Shown: positions 29,692 through 39,766, counted from the stretch's first letter. The stretch: 64,000 bases of DNA from an uncultured virus (IMG/VR IMGVR_UViG_3300032931_000293) (IMGVR_UViG_3300032931_000293), one strand, 5' to 3'. Notes: a model not told the origin generated them from the letters alone. Translations and numbers: made by a program.

Positions 29692-30366
29692 TTAAGTCCA
29701 AAGGTGTTTTCTTATCTTCATAAGCCTAATAATCATATCTTCATCTTCTTTGTCACTCATTGTTTCGTATACATTTTGTCTATCGTAATAAGCACTTCTT
29801 TCGGCATCCGGTTTAAGATTGAAATGATAGGTTAATGGATCACCATATTCGTCTCTTGAAGCAATATTATCTTCTTTTGATGGCTCCCATTCCAAATCAT
29901 AATCTTTATCTTCTAAAGTAAACGGATCGCTTTTTTGTCTAATCGGGCGTTTAATAGTCCACCAATCATATAAATCTTTTATTTCTTTATTAGAATTATT
30001 TTGAGACTCAAAACATTCACGGTGACTCTTTTTATCATCTTCACTCCAATCCTTACATCCATCCATTTCACTTTCAATATTGATTGGTTCTAATCTATTA
30101 TATGGACCACTACATTCTTTTTCAACGAAATCTACTAGAACTTGGAAAGCCGCATGCAATAGAATTTCATCCCTATCAACCCATGGCCCTTTACGAAGAG
30201 TTCTAATTTTAACAACATTAACAGGAGAAATAAATGTATATTTAAACCAATATTTAAAATTTCTTAACCATTGAAAAGGAATGAATCTCCTATTATAAGT
30301 ACAAAAGTGATCTTCATAAAATTCATTTAATTTATATAACAATGGTTTTTTCTTATATTCCGACAT
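29692..30366 (-). CDS. Conserved hypothetical phage protein
   Basis: W.DRDE.LLHA.F..LVDFVEKE and LM.IR.HLWT patterns; TTGACT-15-TATAAT promoter. Confidence 0.6.
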   Translation of the reverse strand: MSEYKKKPLLYKLNEFYEDHFCTYNRRFIPFQWLRNFKYWFKYTFISPVNVVKIRTLRKGPWVDRDEILLHAAFQVLVDFVEKECSGPYNRLEPINIESEMDGCKDWSEDDKKSHRECFESQNNSNKEIKDLYDWWTIKRPIRQKSDPFTLEDKDYDLEWEPSKEDNIASRDEYGDPLTYHFNLKPDAERSAYYDRQNVYETMSDKEDEDMIIRLMKIRKHLWT

Positions 30367-30412
30367 AAAAATCTCCAATAGGCATATTATAATGCCATAA
30401 TATGAAAGTCAA

Positions 30413-30934
30413 TTACTTTTTCGTTATTTTACCTTTAACTTTTTCCCATCCACTTTCGGTTCTAGTATAAAATTTAAACGAACTTATAGGTACTGCGAAA
30501 AATGGCTCGTCACGACTATAAATTGTGTTTTTAAGTTTAACGGGACTTTCGTGGATAGTTTTCATTTTAGTAATGGCTATAGTATCACATGGCTCATTAG
30601 TCATAATAAATATGTCCGCTTCACTTTTATTTTTTCTATGGGGAATGTCTATCGTATCCCACCCTTCCCATTCTCCCGTTTTCTTCCAAACCTTTTTTCT
30701 TTCGGCCTCACATGCAACATTCTTATTATTTTTTATATTAACTATTAAAAAGTCTCTCTTTTTAAATTGTTCTTTTTGCTCTTGTAAAGGAACTATTAGT
30801 TTATATTTTCCACTATCCTCTAAAAATTCTACGGCGGTTTGCTTGGCTATTCCATCATTCTCTTTACAAAGACTTGCAGAGAATTTCTTGTGGCCTATAT
30901 CAACCATATTAGTTCCTTTCAAAAATGTTATCAA
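30413..30934 (-). CDS. Possible PD-(D/E)xK nuclease-fold protein (likely start 30907)
   Basis: RDFL...CEAERK spacing. Confidence 0.4.
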   Translation of the reverse strand: MITFLKGTNMVDIGHKKFSASLCKENDGIAKQTAVEFLEDSGKYKLIVPLQEQKEQFKKRDFLIVNIKNNKNVACEAERKKVWKKTGEWEGWDTIDIPHRKNKSEADIFIMTNEPCDTIAITKMKTIHESPVKLKNTIYSRDEPFFAVPISSFKFYTRTESGWEKVKGKITKK

Positions 30935-30952
30935 CTATATTATAAGTCCAAA

Positions 30953-31372
30953 TTATAATGAACCTATGAAATTTCCTATCATAACTCGAATTTCAGTATT
31001 AGAAATTTGTGCGGCTATTGAAATTGCCTCAAGTTTCTCTAATATTTTTGATCCGTTTTTAATTTTATATACTTTCTCTATTATCTCGTCAAAGGAGTCG
31101 TTTGAGGATAGCGCATAAGTATTAATAATCCCTTTTATAATTTCTATTCTATTTAAAACATAAGTAGGGTCTAATTTTCCACCATAATCGCCCATTCTTA
31201 ATGCTTGTTGGGCGTTTCTCCAATTCGGAGTAGATGTGCTAAATCTTAAATCACTACTATAATTCATTAATTGATCTTCAAAGCAAATGAAAGCAACTCC
31301 GATTTTTCTTGAATCGGAGTTTTCTTTGGATTTAATTAGTTGCTCAAGCATCAGAAGTTGCCCAGATTTCAT
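30953..31372 (-). CDS. Hypothetical late protein
   Basis: Downstream of 31344 gene. Confidence 0.5.
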   Translation of the reverse strand: MKSGQLLMLEQLIKSKENSDSRKIGVAFICFEDQLMNYSSDLRFSTSTPNWRNAQQALRMGDYGGKLDPTYVLNRIEIIKGIINTYALSSNDSFDEIIEKVYKIKNGSKILEKLEAISIAAQISNTEIRVMIGNFIGSL

Positions 31373-32618
31373 CCGGGATATCCATTAAATCACTATCATC
31401 AATAATAATTTCTTCGGCATCATGGGCTTGAGCCATTCTTTCTTTTCCTTGCTCGGGAGTTTCAAATCTATCTTTATCGGCTTGGAATTGTCCCATAGCC
31501 TTCTTTCTTGATTTGATATAACTTGCGAGTCTTGGATTGTTTTGCTTCCATCTTCTAAAAAGTTTCATACCAAATTCGTCTTTCTTTAGAGCATCGGGTG
31601 GTATCAATCCCTTGTTTTTTACATATTCTATGAATTCTTTTCTCGTAAATGGTTTACCATTTGCTTTCTCTGCTTTGGCAATGTCTTTATCGTCTATGAG
31701 TTTCTTTTGGGAAACATTTTGAAGTCTATGTTTTTGTACGTCTGCTCCTTGAGTTCCGACTTCCCCTTGTTTAAATTCTGGTTTAAATCTATCTAAGTCA
31801 ACTAATTTTTCCCCAAGTTCTTCTATTGATAATTGACTTCCTCTTGGATCTTCTACGGTTTCAACGTGACCTTCTTTACCATCCCATACATATCTCTTTC
31901 CACTATTCCATTTTGATACAAATTCTTTGACATAAGAAGGGTCTATTAATCCATCAGATCCAATTGAAGTCATTGGAACCGGCATTGTTGCAACAACTAC
32001 GGGTGTTCCTTCGCCGCTAACACGGAAGGCTTGCTCTTGATCTCTCATTTCAAATCCAACTAAGTAATGTGGTGCTCCGTTTACATTAACTACGGTTGCT
32101 TCGCCATTTGGATTAGTTATTACAGCCTTTTTAGGCTCGGATGATGGGTTTATTTTGACCCCAGTTCCAACTAAATCCGCATATTTACTATATTTAGGTA
32201 AATTTGTGTCCTTGCCTAATAGTTGTATATCTTTTTCTTTTAGTTTATTTGTAGGATAATCTTCGGGATTATTTCCTACTGCTTTGTCATATACTCTATG
32301 GCCCTTAGCCCAATTACCACGATTAAATGCGGTTATTACCGTTGATAAGAACTTGGATGATATTCTATTACCTCTCATTTGCTCGGATGGAATAGATACT
32401 TCAATATATGAGTCTTGACCTTGCTCATCCTTTACCAATAATCTTACAACTTGTCTATTGCCAGATTCAGTTCTAATTATATTTTCGGGATTAATTACTA
32501 TATTCTTAAGATGCTCCGAAGCCTCTTCAATATTATTTGAAGTTATTTCAGTTTCGTTAGCAATCCAAGACTCTTGTAAATATTTTAATGTACTATCTTC
32601 ATTGAAAGGTGTTCTCAT
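31344..32618 (-). CDS. Late protein, possibly virion-internal
   Basis: TATAAATA at 32640, GGAG RBS, FNE/LQE N-terminus. Confidence 0.55.
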   Translation of the reverse strand: MRTPFNEDSTLKYLQESWIANETEITSNNIEEASEHLKNIVINPENIIRTESGNRQVVRLLVKDEQGQDSYIEVSIPSEQMRGNRISSKFLSTVITAFNRGNWAKGHRVYDKAVGNNPEDYPTNKLKEKDIQLLGKDTNLPKYSKYADLVGTGVKINPSSEPKKAVITNPNGEATVVNVNGAPHYLVGFEMRDQEQAFRVSGEGTPVVVATMPVPMTSIGSDGLIDPSYVKEFVSKWNSGKRYVWDGKEGHVETVEDPRGSQLSIEELGEKLVDLDRFKPEFKQGEVGTQGADVQKHRLQNVSQKKLIDDKDIAKAEKANGKPFTRKEFIEYVKNKGLIPPDALKKDEFGMKLFRRWKQNNPRLASYIKSRKKAMGQFQADKDRFETPEQGKERMAQAHDAEEIIIDDSDLMDIPDEIWATSDA

Positions 32619-32713
32619 TGTAATCTCCTAATTTACTCTTATTTATAAGTTTTGGATTCAATAAATACTTATATTATGTTATAATTGCCTAAACGACAAT
32701 AAGGAATACACTT

Positions 32714-33058
32714 ATGGGTAGACCAAAAAAGATATCAAAAGACTTCAATCAATATCTTGTATGTTTTGATTTTTATTATCTTACTTCTTTTAGTAAGAAA
32801 AAATCCGTGCTTAAACTTCATTTATTCTCCCCTGAAAAGTCACCCGATGCATCAGTTAATTACGTATATTCAATAGTTTCACAAGCATTCAAAGAAGCGT
32901 TTGGTAAAACCGAGTTTAATAAAAATGTTGTGAGATTTGAAAAATTTGTGTATATGCCAAAATTAGAAGGCGAAGTTGCTAAAAGTAACTTTGGATTAAC
33001 AGATGACGCTAAAGTAAAATCGTTAGTTGTACTATTCAAGAAACACCTTTTGTCTTAA
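32714..33058 (+). CDS. Basic hypothetical protein
   Basis: AAGGA RBS; MGRPKK AT-hook-like start. Confidence 0.55.
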   Translation: MGRPKKISKDFNQYLVCFDFYYLTSFSKKKSVLKLHLFSPEKSPDASVNYVYSIVSQAFKEAFGKTEFNKNVVRFEKFVYMPKLEGEVAKSNFGLTDDAKVKSLVVLFKKHLLS

Positions 33059-33947
33059 ATAGTTCCTTAAATATTGCTTCTAACACTGGGACTACTATAC
33101 TATTTCCGGCTAATCTATACATTGCATTACGACTAATTTTAGTTGATATAATCTTGTCAATATCACTATCGCTAACACCCATAAATCTAAATGCCTCTCT
33201 TGGAGTTGGAACTCTAAATTCATTAATTAAAGTAGTCCATGTTGGACAAAATAATCCACCATATCCGTGAGTTAATTCGCAAGTTAATGTTGGGATCACT
33301 TTAGTATCTTTAATGTTCTTTTGGCGTTTCACGATATATACTCGACCATTATCGGTAAGATAATACTTTGGGTCTACGTTAGTCTCCAATAAATCTTTTA
33401 TTTGTGTTTTTAATAACATTGATTCGGGGAAATTAAAAGAATCATTTCCCAATATACTTACCATGAATATCCGCTCTCTACTTTGTGGGATCCCATAATC
33501 CCGTGCATTAAGAACTTTCCAATAATTTTTATAACCTAATGTCTCAAGATATTCGCACCACTTATCAAAATCGTGCTTATTCTTTTTTCCAACTAAGTTC
33601 TTCACATTTTCTAATAATAAATATTTTGGCTTTCCACTTTCAATAAGTCTTTTACATTCCCATAGTAAACTACTTCTAGTGTTACTACCTAATTCTAATC
33701 CTTTTTTAGTGCCAGCCAATGATATATCTTGACACGGGAAACTATATGTAAATAAATCACATTGCGGTAATACATCTAACTTTGAAATATCTCCATAATT
33801 TGGGGTATTTCCGTGAATAGACATATATGCTTTAATAGCATTTTCGTTTATTTCGCTAATTCCAACTACTTTGTAAGGAACTCCTATATTCCTTAATGCC
33901 ATGGATTGACTACCATAACCGCTAAATGCTTCAAATACTTTTAACAT
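33036..33947 (-). CDS. DNA (cytosine-5) methyltransferase
   Basis: FSGYG, SFPCQD, ENV, PQSRER, LAGNS. Confidence 0.92.
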   Translation of the reverse strand: MLKVFEAFSGYGSQSMALRNIGVPYKVVGISEINENAIKAYMSIHGNTPNYGDISKLDVLPQCDLFTYSFPCQDISLAGTKKGLELGSNTRSSLLWECKRLIESGKPKYLLLENVKNLVGKKNKHDFDKWCEYLETLGYKNYWKVLNARDYGIPQSRERIFMVSILGNDSFNFPESMLLKTQIKDLLETNVDPKYYLTDNGRVYIVKRQKNIKDTKVIPTLTCELTHGYGGLFCPTWTTLINEFRVPTPREAFRFMGVSDSDIDKIISTKISRNAMYRLAGNSIVVPVLEAIFKELFKTKGVS

Positions 33948-34971
33948 AAATGTCCTTAAATATTGCTTCTAACACGGGAACTACTATACTATTTCCAGAT
34001 ATGTGATAGAATTTATTAATGTTTATTCCTTTTGCTATCATGTGTTCTTTAACCAACTTATAAGAACCTTCACCAAATCCCATAAGTCTAAATACTTCTC
34101 TTGGGGTTGCTAATCTAATAGAATTAACATCAAATCCCAAGTCTACTTTATTAATTTCGGACTCACTTAATCCCTTTAGTTGTTCTCGTAGTAGATATGC
34201 ATCATGTATTTGATTACTATATAGAATTGCTCCAAAATTTCCGGGGTGTGATCCCTGGGTAGTTAAGGCATGTACTACACTATTAAGTCCATATACTCGT
34301 TTTGTACTATTTGTGCTTTGAGTATTATTAATAGTTTTTATAATTCGTTCTCTCATTTTAGGATTTGAGTAGTAATGAATATCTCCAAATTCATTTATAA
34401 CATCATCGTCCGAATCCATAAAATTACTCAAATTGTTGTCTAATGCCGAAACGGTAAAATGAAATTTCTTTTCTAATGATGATACAACAAATACTCTCTC
34501 TCGTTTTTGTGGTATCCCATAGTCTTGTGCATCTAACACCGACCAAGTATTGATATATCCTAAACCACTTAAGAAATCTAACCATTTATTAAAGTTAGAA
34601 ATATTTTTAGGACTTACAAGTTGCTTTACATTCTCCAATAACAATGTCTTTGGGAGTTTCTTTGACTTCTTGAGAAGTCTTCCTACTTCCCATAAAAGCG
34701 CAGATCTTGTTGGAGAACCTTCATCAAGCCCCTTTTGATTTCCAAGAATAGATATATCTTGGCAAGGAAAAGAATAGGTTAATAAGTCACATTCCGGTAA
34801 TTCGTCTACTTTAGAGATATCACCTAAATTTGGAGTAACTCCGTGAATTGATTCGTATATACCATGAATAGTTTTATCTACCTCACAACAAATACTTGTG
34901 TGACCTATACTTAAGTTTTTTAGTGCTTGAGTTTGAGCACCTATTCCAGAGAATAATTCAACTATTTTCAT
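33931..34971 (-). CDS. DNA (cytosine-5) methyltransferase
   Basis: FSGIG, SFPCQD, ENV, PQKRER, SGNS. Confidence 0.92.
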   Translation of the reverse strand: MKIVELFSGIGAQTQALKNLSIGHTSICCEVDKTIHGIYESIHGVTPNLGDISKVDELPECDLLTYSFPCQDISILGNQKGLDEGSPTRSALLWEVGRLLKKSKKLPKTLLLENVKQLVSPKNISNFNKWLDFLSGLGYINTWSVLDAQDYGIPQKRERVFVVSSLEKKFHFTVSALDNNLSNFMDSDDDVINEFGDIHYYSNPKMRERIIKTINNTQSTNSTKRVYGLNSVVHALTTQGSHPGNFGAILYSNQIHDAYLLREQLKGLSESEINKVDLGFDVNSIRLATPREVFRLMGFGEGSYKLVKEHMIAKGININKFYHISGNSIVVPVLEAIFKDIYVKSI

Positions 34972-35491
34972 TATGTTTCCTTGTTAAATACTCTCTTAAT
35001 TCTTTACTACCATTGTATCTAATATTAAATGTTGGAATTCCAATTCCCCTTGCTAGACGGACGGCTTGACTTGTTCCCCCAAAAACTTCACAATTTACCT
35101 CTTTAGCACAAAAAACTACAAAATCTACTCTTGGATAATTTTTATATCCCAATACTTGATGTGAATTTCGGCACATCAATCTTTTAGCACCAACTTTAAG
35201 CTGTCCATAGCAAGGATGATACTTATTAGCATATTCTTTCCCTATATCCGTATCCCCAACATCATAGTGTGCAATGCTATTGGAAGGATTATACATTTCT
35301 TTATTGAAGCCACTCCAAGGTAGATATATAACACATTTATTATTTGAGCCTATTTGAAACGATATATCGGCACCTGGAGCATTTCCAGAAAAAAGAACAT
35401 ATCTTGAAGATAATTTAGAACTAATAATTTTTATTAGATTTTCTTCTTTTTCTGTTATTTCTCTTGAACCGATTCCGGCATATGTTATCAT
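34958..35491 (-). CDS. DprA/SLOG-family protein
   Basis: YAGIGSR, SGNAPGAD, RN..QVLG, GGT..AVRLA. Confidence 0.75.
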   Translation of the reverse strand: MITYAGIGSREITEKEENLIKIISSKLSSRYVLFSGNAPGADISFQIGSNNKCVIYLPWSGFNKEMYNPSNSIAHYDVGDTDIGKEYANKYHPCYGQLKVGAKRLMCRNSHQVLGYKNYPRVDFVVFCAKEVNCEVFGGTSQAVRLARGIGIPTFNIRYNGSKELREYLTRKHNENS

Positions 35492-35569
35492 AATTTACTT
35501 CCGGGTAATAGGGTTGTACACTACATAAAGTGTTTATATCAAATTTTGGTATAATGGTCTTCATCTGAG

Positions 35570-36848
35570 TTGTGGCAAGGAAACCCAATGGATTTATCCG
35601 TTGGGAGGAATTGCCACCCTTTCTAAAACTTATTCTACCACAAAGAAAAAGAAAGTCAAAAGATTTTTCCGAAAAGTGGTATAATTGATTATAAATATAG
35701 TATGAAAGGAGGAAAAGATGAAGTTATCAATTAAGTGTAAAATACTACCAAACGAAAAACAACATCAAGAACTCCTTAATGTTATGAAAACATTTAATCT
35801 TGCTTGTGATTGGATAAGCCAAAAAGCATTTGAAACTAAAACATATAATAAAGTCAATCTACATAAAATAGTTTATTACGAAGTTAAACAAAGATTTAAC
35901 TTATCAAGCCAATTGGCAGTTAGAGCAATTGGAAAAGTAACCGATTGTTATAAAAATTGGAAACAGAAAAATAAAGTATTATCGTTTAGAGAATTAGGTT
36001 CAGTTGACTACGATTCAAGAATTTTAACTATTAAACAAGATAGTATTTCTATAATGGGTATGGGTAAACGAATTAAATTACCATATCGTTGTAAGAAAGA
36101 ATTAAGTAATTTTGATTTAAGTTGTCAATCAGAATTAACTTACGATAAAGTTAAAAATAAGTTTTATATTACATTCTTTGCCGAAACAAGTGAGGAAGTT
36201 CCAATTAAAACAAATAAATTTTTAGGTGTTGACTTGGGAATAGTCAATCTTGCTACTTGCTCTGATGGTGAAGTAATTTCCGGTGAAAAAATAGAAAGTT
36301 ATAGAAAGAAAATAACAGGATTGAAGGCAAGATTACAAGCAAAAAGTAGTAAGTCGGCAAAAAGACATTTGAAGAAAATAAGTAAAAAGGAGACAAGTTA
36401 TAAGAAAGATGTAAACCATTGTATAAGCAAGAAGTTAGTCCAAAAAGCAAAGACACTTAAAGTTGGGTTGAAATTAGAAGACCTTAACTTTAAGAAACAA
36501 GTTCCGCAAAAAGGTTGGACTAAAGAATGGAAAGATAGTAATGCTCGCAGAGGTAAGTGGGCTTTTGGTCAATTAAGGCAATTTATTGATTACAAGGCTA
36601 AACTTGCCGGAGTTCCTGTCCTATATATTAATCCGGCGTATACTAGCCAAAAATGTAGTAATTGTGGTCATACTTGCGAAGAAAATAGACTTTCTCAAAG
36701 TGAGTTCGTTTGTATACAATGTGGTTATTCTGCTAATGCCGACTACAATGCTTCAGTAAATATTTCTAGGGCTGAAATCAACCAGCCTATTGTAGACATT
36801 CGCAAGAGTGATTTACAAACACAATCCCTTTAGGGGTTGGGTAGTTGA
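35570..36848 (+). mobile_element. Non-autonomous IS200/IS605 (IS1341-like, TnpB-only) element; ends approximate
   Basis: Left hairpin 35572-35617 with TTTA loop, right hairpin CAATCCC-TTTA-GGGGTTG then GGTAGTTGA; opposite strand to flanking operon; no tnpA in window. Confidence 0.7.
35718..36833 (+). CDS. tnpB: TnpB RNA-guided endonuclease
   Basis: RuvC I GVDLG, RuvC II LEDL, YTSQKCSNCG/CIQCG Zn finger, RuvC III NADYNAS. Confidence 0.9.
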   Translation: MKLSIKCKILPNEKQHQELLNVMKTFNLACDWISQKAFETKTYNKVNLHKIVYYEVKQRFNLSSQLAVRAIGKVTDCYKNWKQKNKVLSFRELGSVDYDSRILTIKQDSISIMGMGKRIKLPYRCKKELSNFDLSCQSELTYDKVKNKFYITFFAETSEEVPIKTNKFLGVDLGIVNLATCSDGEVISGEKIESYRKKITGLKARLQAKSSKSAKRHLKKISKKETSYKKDVNHCISKKLVQKAKTLKVGLKLEDLNFKKQVPQKGWTKEWKDSNARRGKWAFGQLRQFIDYKAKLAGVPVLYINPAYTSQKCSNCGHTCEENRLSQSEFVCIQCGYSANADYNASVNISRAEINQPIVDIRKSDLQTQSL

Positions 36849-36926
36849 TTAACTATTGATTCTATTACATCCACATCTAATTAAGGAAATACATCAAATT
36901 CAATACCTAAATTGGCTAAATTTCCA

Positions 36927-36948
36927 ATATATATATATATATATATAT
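36927..36948. repeat. (AT)11 microsatellite
   Basis: Direct reading. Confidence 0.85.
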
Positions 36949-37109
36949 CTTTGTATTATCGGAGTATCTAACCAAAAAAAAAGCTTTTAACGAAGTCGTG
37001 GCCTTTATGCCAAGATGTATCTTTTTTTCGTTCTTCTTGTTCCTTAATATACTCGGGATCGGAAGTAGATATAAATTTTAAATAGAATTTCTTTTCTTCC
37101 ATATAATTC

Positions 37110-37754
37110 TTAGCAAAGATTCTCAAATGCACAACTAACCATTAAATCTATTGCGGCTAATTGTTGTTTTGTATAGAGTATTTTAGGAATAGGAGCCGCA
37201 TTTGAGTATTGGGTTAATGGAAAATGCTTAATTTCATAAATACCAAGTTTTTTTCTATTCTCTATTCTACTTTTTTCAATTAATTTCATATATTTTTTAT
37301 CTTTCTCCAATTCCATTTCAATAGAGTCTTTTCGAGTTGGACAAAGTAACTTATATCTCTTATCATGTAACTTATAAAGATCCTCTTTTTGAGTCTCACT
37401 AAGCCCCTTAAGAGGCGCTTTAGTCCACTCAACAACTCCAGATTTCATTAGTCTCCATAATGCAAATGCTCTAACTCTTTGCTCATCAAAGCATTCCCAA
37501 TCTCCGTGTATTACCGTTAGATAGTGCATAGCTCTTCCAATGTCTTCCATAATACTATGTACATAATCTAATTCGGTTTTATTCTTATTCCTCTCTTCTA
37601 AATGTACCTTTTTAAGATTTACTTTACCACATAACCAATATGTCCAAATTGTTTCTTTCCCATATGGATAATAGTTTAAAATATCTAATTTTGGAAAATG
37701 TACATCAACTAACTTGCCGATGTTTCTAAATGTGTGGGTTGTTATATTATCCAC
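37110..37754 (-). CDS. Hypothetical protein
   Basis: Packed minus-strand operon. Confidence 0.55.
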   Translation of the reverse strand: MDNITTHTFRNIGKLVDVHFPKLDILNYYPYGKETIWTYWLCGKVNLKKVHLEERNKNKTELDYVHSIMEDIGRAMHYLTVIHGDWECFDEQRVRAFALWRLMKSGVVEWTKAPLKGLSETQKEDLYKLHDKRYKLLCPTRKDSIEMELEKDKKYMKLIEKSRIENRKKLGIYEIKHFPLTQYSNAAPIPKILYTKQQLAAIDLMVSCAFENLC

Positions 37755-37756
37755 TT

Positions 37757-38038
37757 TTACTTTCCTAAAATTCTATCAAGTAGAGATTTCTTGATTATTG
37801 GTTTAGGTTCTTCGGTTTTCGTTGTTTCTTTGAAATCCTCTGGATGTAGTTTTCTATGTTTATCCGAACCATAAACACATACCTCTTTACCATTTAGTTG
37901 AGTTGATATTTGTTCTAATAGATATATAGGAACGGAAATATCTCTATTGCAAATTCGTTGTAAATACTCTAATTCATTAAGAAGTGTATGCCACTCATAT
38001 ATAGATAATTTTATCGAAGCAGTTGAAGTATCATTCAT
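37757..38038 (-). CDS. Hypothetical protein
   Basis: Packing, RBS. Confidence 0.55.
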   Translation of the reverse strand: MNDTSTASIKLSIYEWHTLLNELEYLQRICNRDISVPIYLLEQISTQLNGKEVCVYGSDKHRKLHPEDFKETTKTEEPKPIIKKSLLDRILGK

Positions 38039-38040
38039 TT

Positions 38041-38427
38041 TTAATTTCCTTTTATAGCACCTTTAAAGCAATCTCTCAAGCATTTTTCCGATGGGTTAAA
38101 TCTATGTCCAAAATTGCACGAAGTCAAGTATAATTCAAATAATGTATTTTCGTTTATACCACTATTAACTAGGTTATTAATAACCTTCTTGAATTCAATT
38201 AATGCTTTTCTTTTTTCTGCTTTTTTCTTCTCTTGTTCTTTATTATGTAAAGCCTTATATAGTGCTTTTGAGTGCATCAATGCGCTTACTTCTTCTTGGG
38301 CATACTCTAAAGAATCTAAAGTTCTTATATTAAATCCATCAGCCATTTCCATTTCAAATGGATTCTCACAAACTAATTCCCATCCTTCGTTTTCAAGATA
38401 CCTAATAATATTCTTACGTGTCATCAT
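38041..38427 (-). CDS. Hypothetical protein
   Basis: Packing. Confidence 0.55.
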   Translation of the reverse strand: MMTRKNIIRYLENEGWELVCENPFEMEMADGFNIRTLDSLEYAQEEVSALMHSKALYKALHNKEQEKKKAEKRKALIEFKKVINNLVNSGINENTLFELYLTSCNFGHRFNPSEKCLRDCFKGAIKGN

Positions 38428-38428
38428 A

Positions 38429-39145
38429 TTACTTTGTCCTTATTGTATGCTCACGATCATATGCGGCCCTTCCTATTGTATTCTTGATCGTCTTTAAGTC
38501 TTTTTTAGTTCTACCACAATCTTTGGAAGTTATTTTGAATGCTTTAAACGAGTTTTCCATTTCAACCGCATGAGTCCATATCTTCCAAAACAAATTCTTC
38601 TTTGACCTTGAGGATCGAGTTGACGCCAATACAACTTTTCCTCTATTAGCATACTTTACTATTTGGAAATTAGAATCCCAAAATTCTTGAAGTTCCTTTT
38701 TGTTACAATATGCTACTTCGTCAATAAGTAGAACGTCTATTTTTAATCCACAAGAATATGCGGTATTAGGAGTTGCAACAATTATTTTTGAACCATTACT
38801 AAATTCTATTCCTGTGCTATCCCATCTTGTAACACTAATTTTTAGATAGTCGGGAGCATTTAAATATAATGATTTTAATCCATCTAATATATTTTTAGTC
38901 ATTACCTTTTTAGCACATGCAAGGAATATAGTAGTATTCGTCTTTTTAAATGCCTCGGTAAGTGCTATAAACTCCAAAATTAAACTTTTTCCACTTTGCC
39001 TAACCCCTTGAATTATCTTACATTCACTCGACTCCTCTATAATTTCTTTTTGTTTTTTGTTAAGTCTACAAATAGTTCCCATATAATTTTTAAAATACGT
39101 ATAAGAAAGTATTTCATGTGTTAATAAATCATATATAATTGGCAT
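38429..39145 (-). CDS. Stand-alone terminase large-subunit-like ATPase domain (no nuclease domain)
   Basis: GVRQSGKS Walker A, IEFSNGSKI, LLIDEVAY Walker B, LAST motif; 238 aa. Confidence 0.75.
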   Translation of the reverse strand: MPIIYDLLTHEILSYTYFKNYMGTICRLNKKQKEIIEESSECKIIQGVRQSGKSLILEFIALTEAFKKTNTTIFLACAKKVMTKNILDGLKSLYLNAPDYLKISVTRWDSTGIEFSNGSKIIVATPNTAYSCGLKIDVLLIDEVAYCNKKELQEFWDSNFQIVKYANRGKVVLASTRSSRSKKNLFWKIWTHAVEMENSFKAFKITSKDCGRTKKDLKTIKNTIGRAAYDREHTIRTK

Positions 39146-39146
39146 T

Positions 39147-39386
39147 TTAATTTCCTTTTAACTCTTCCGGGAATGGTATTGGGGAATCTGAATAATGAGT
39201 TATGTTAATTGTACAACTATTAATACCGAAATTTTCACCTTCTACATATACGGTATTCGGATTTTGATATGATGGGTTTGAAGAATATACTTTGGCAACT
39301 TGAATATATTCTTTACCGCTCGTAATTCCCTTACATTTAACCCAATAGAATCCTGGTAGTATTGGAGCATATGGTATCCACTTCAT
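39147..39386 (-). CDS. Hypothetical protein
   Basis: P..PGFYW motif. Confidence 0.55.
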   Translation of the reverse strand: MKWIPYAPILPGFYWVKCKGITSGKEYIQVAKVYSSNPSYQNPNTVYVEGENFGINSCTINITHYSDSPIPFPEELKGN

Positions 39387-39571
39387 TGTCTAGACCTTTT
39401 TGCCGAGTATTCCATTAGTTTTGACACCCTAGCATCTATTCTTTTTCTACCATCGGGCGTATCAAGTTGTTCAATTGCTTTTTCCATTTCGGGAGAACAA
39501 TCCCACTTTATATTATTATTTTTTATAAATTTAACCCATTCTAAAAGTTCATTATTTATATTATGTTTCAT
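39383..39571 (-). CDS. Hypothetical protein
   Basis: ATGA overlaps. Confidence 0.5.
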   Translation of the reverse strand: MKHNINNELLEWVKFIKNNNIKWDCSPEMEKAIEQLDTPDGRKRIDARVSKLMEYSAKRSRQ

Positions 39572-39765
39572 TTAATTTCCTTCTTATATTGTTTTACTGC
39601 TTCTTTCGGTGACACATTTTTATTATATAATTTACCAAAGAACCCAATTGGGTTGTAAATATCATTTATAAATTTTAATTTTTTAGTTCTATCCTCACCA
39701 TATGGGCTTCCAAGTAACTCATATACTCTTTTACCCCATTCAAAATAATTTAACTTTGGATCCAT
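39568..39765 (-). CDS. Hypothetical protein
   Basis: Packing. Confidence 0.5.
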   Translation of the reverse strand: MDPKLNYFEWGKRVYELLGSPYGEDRTKKLKFINDIYNPIGFFGKLYNKNVSPKEAVKQYKKEIK

Positions 39766-39766
39766 A

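Noticed and set aside
35718..36833. Cas12f CRISPR effector
   Set aside because: No adjacent array; IS200/IS605-type end hairpins indicate TnpB
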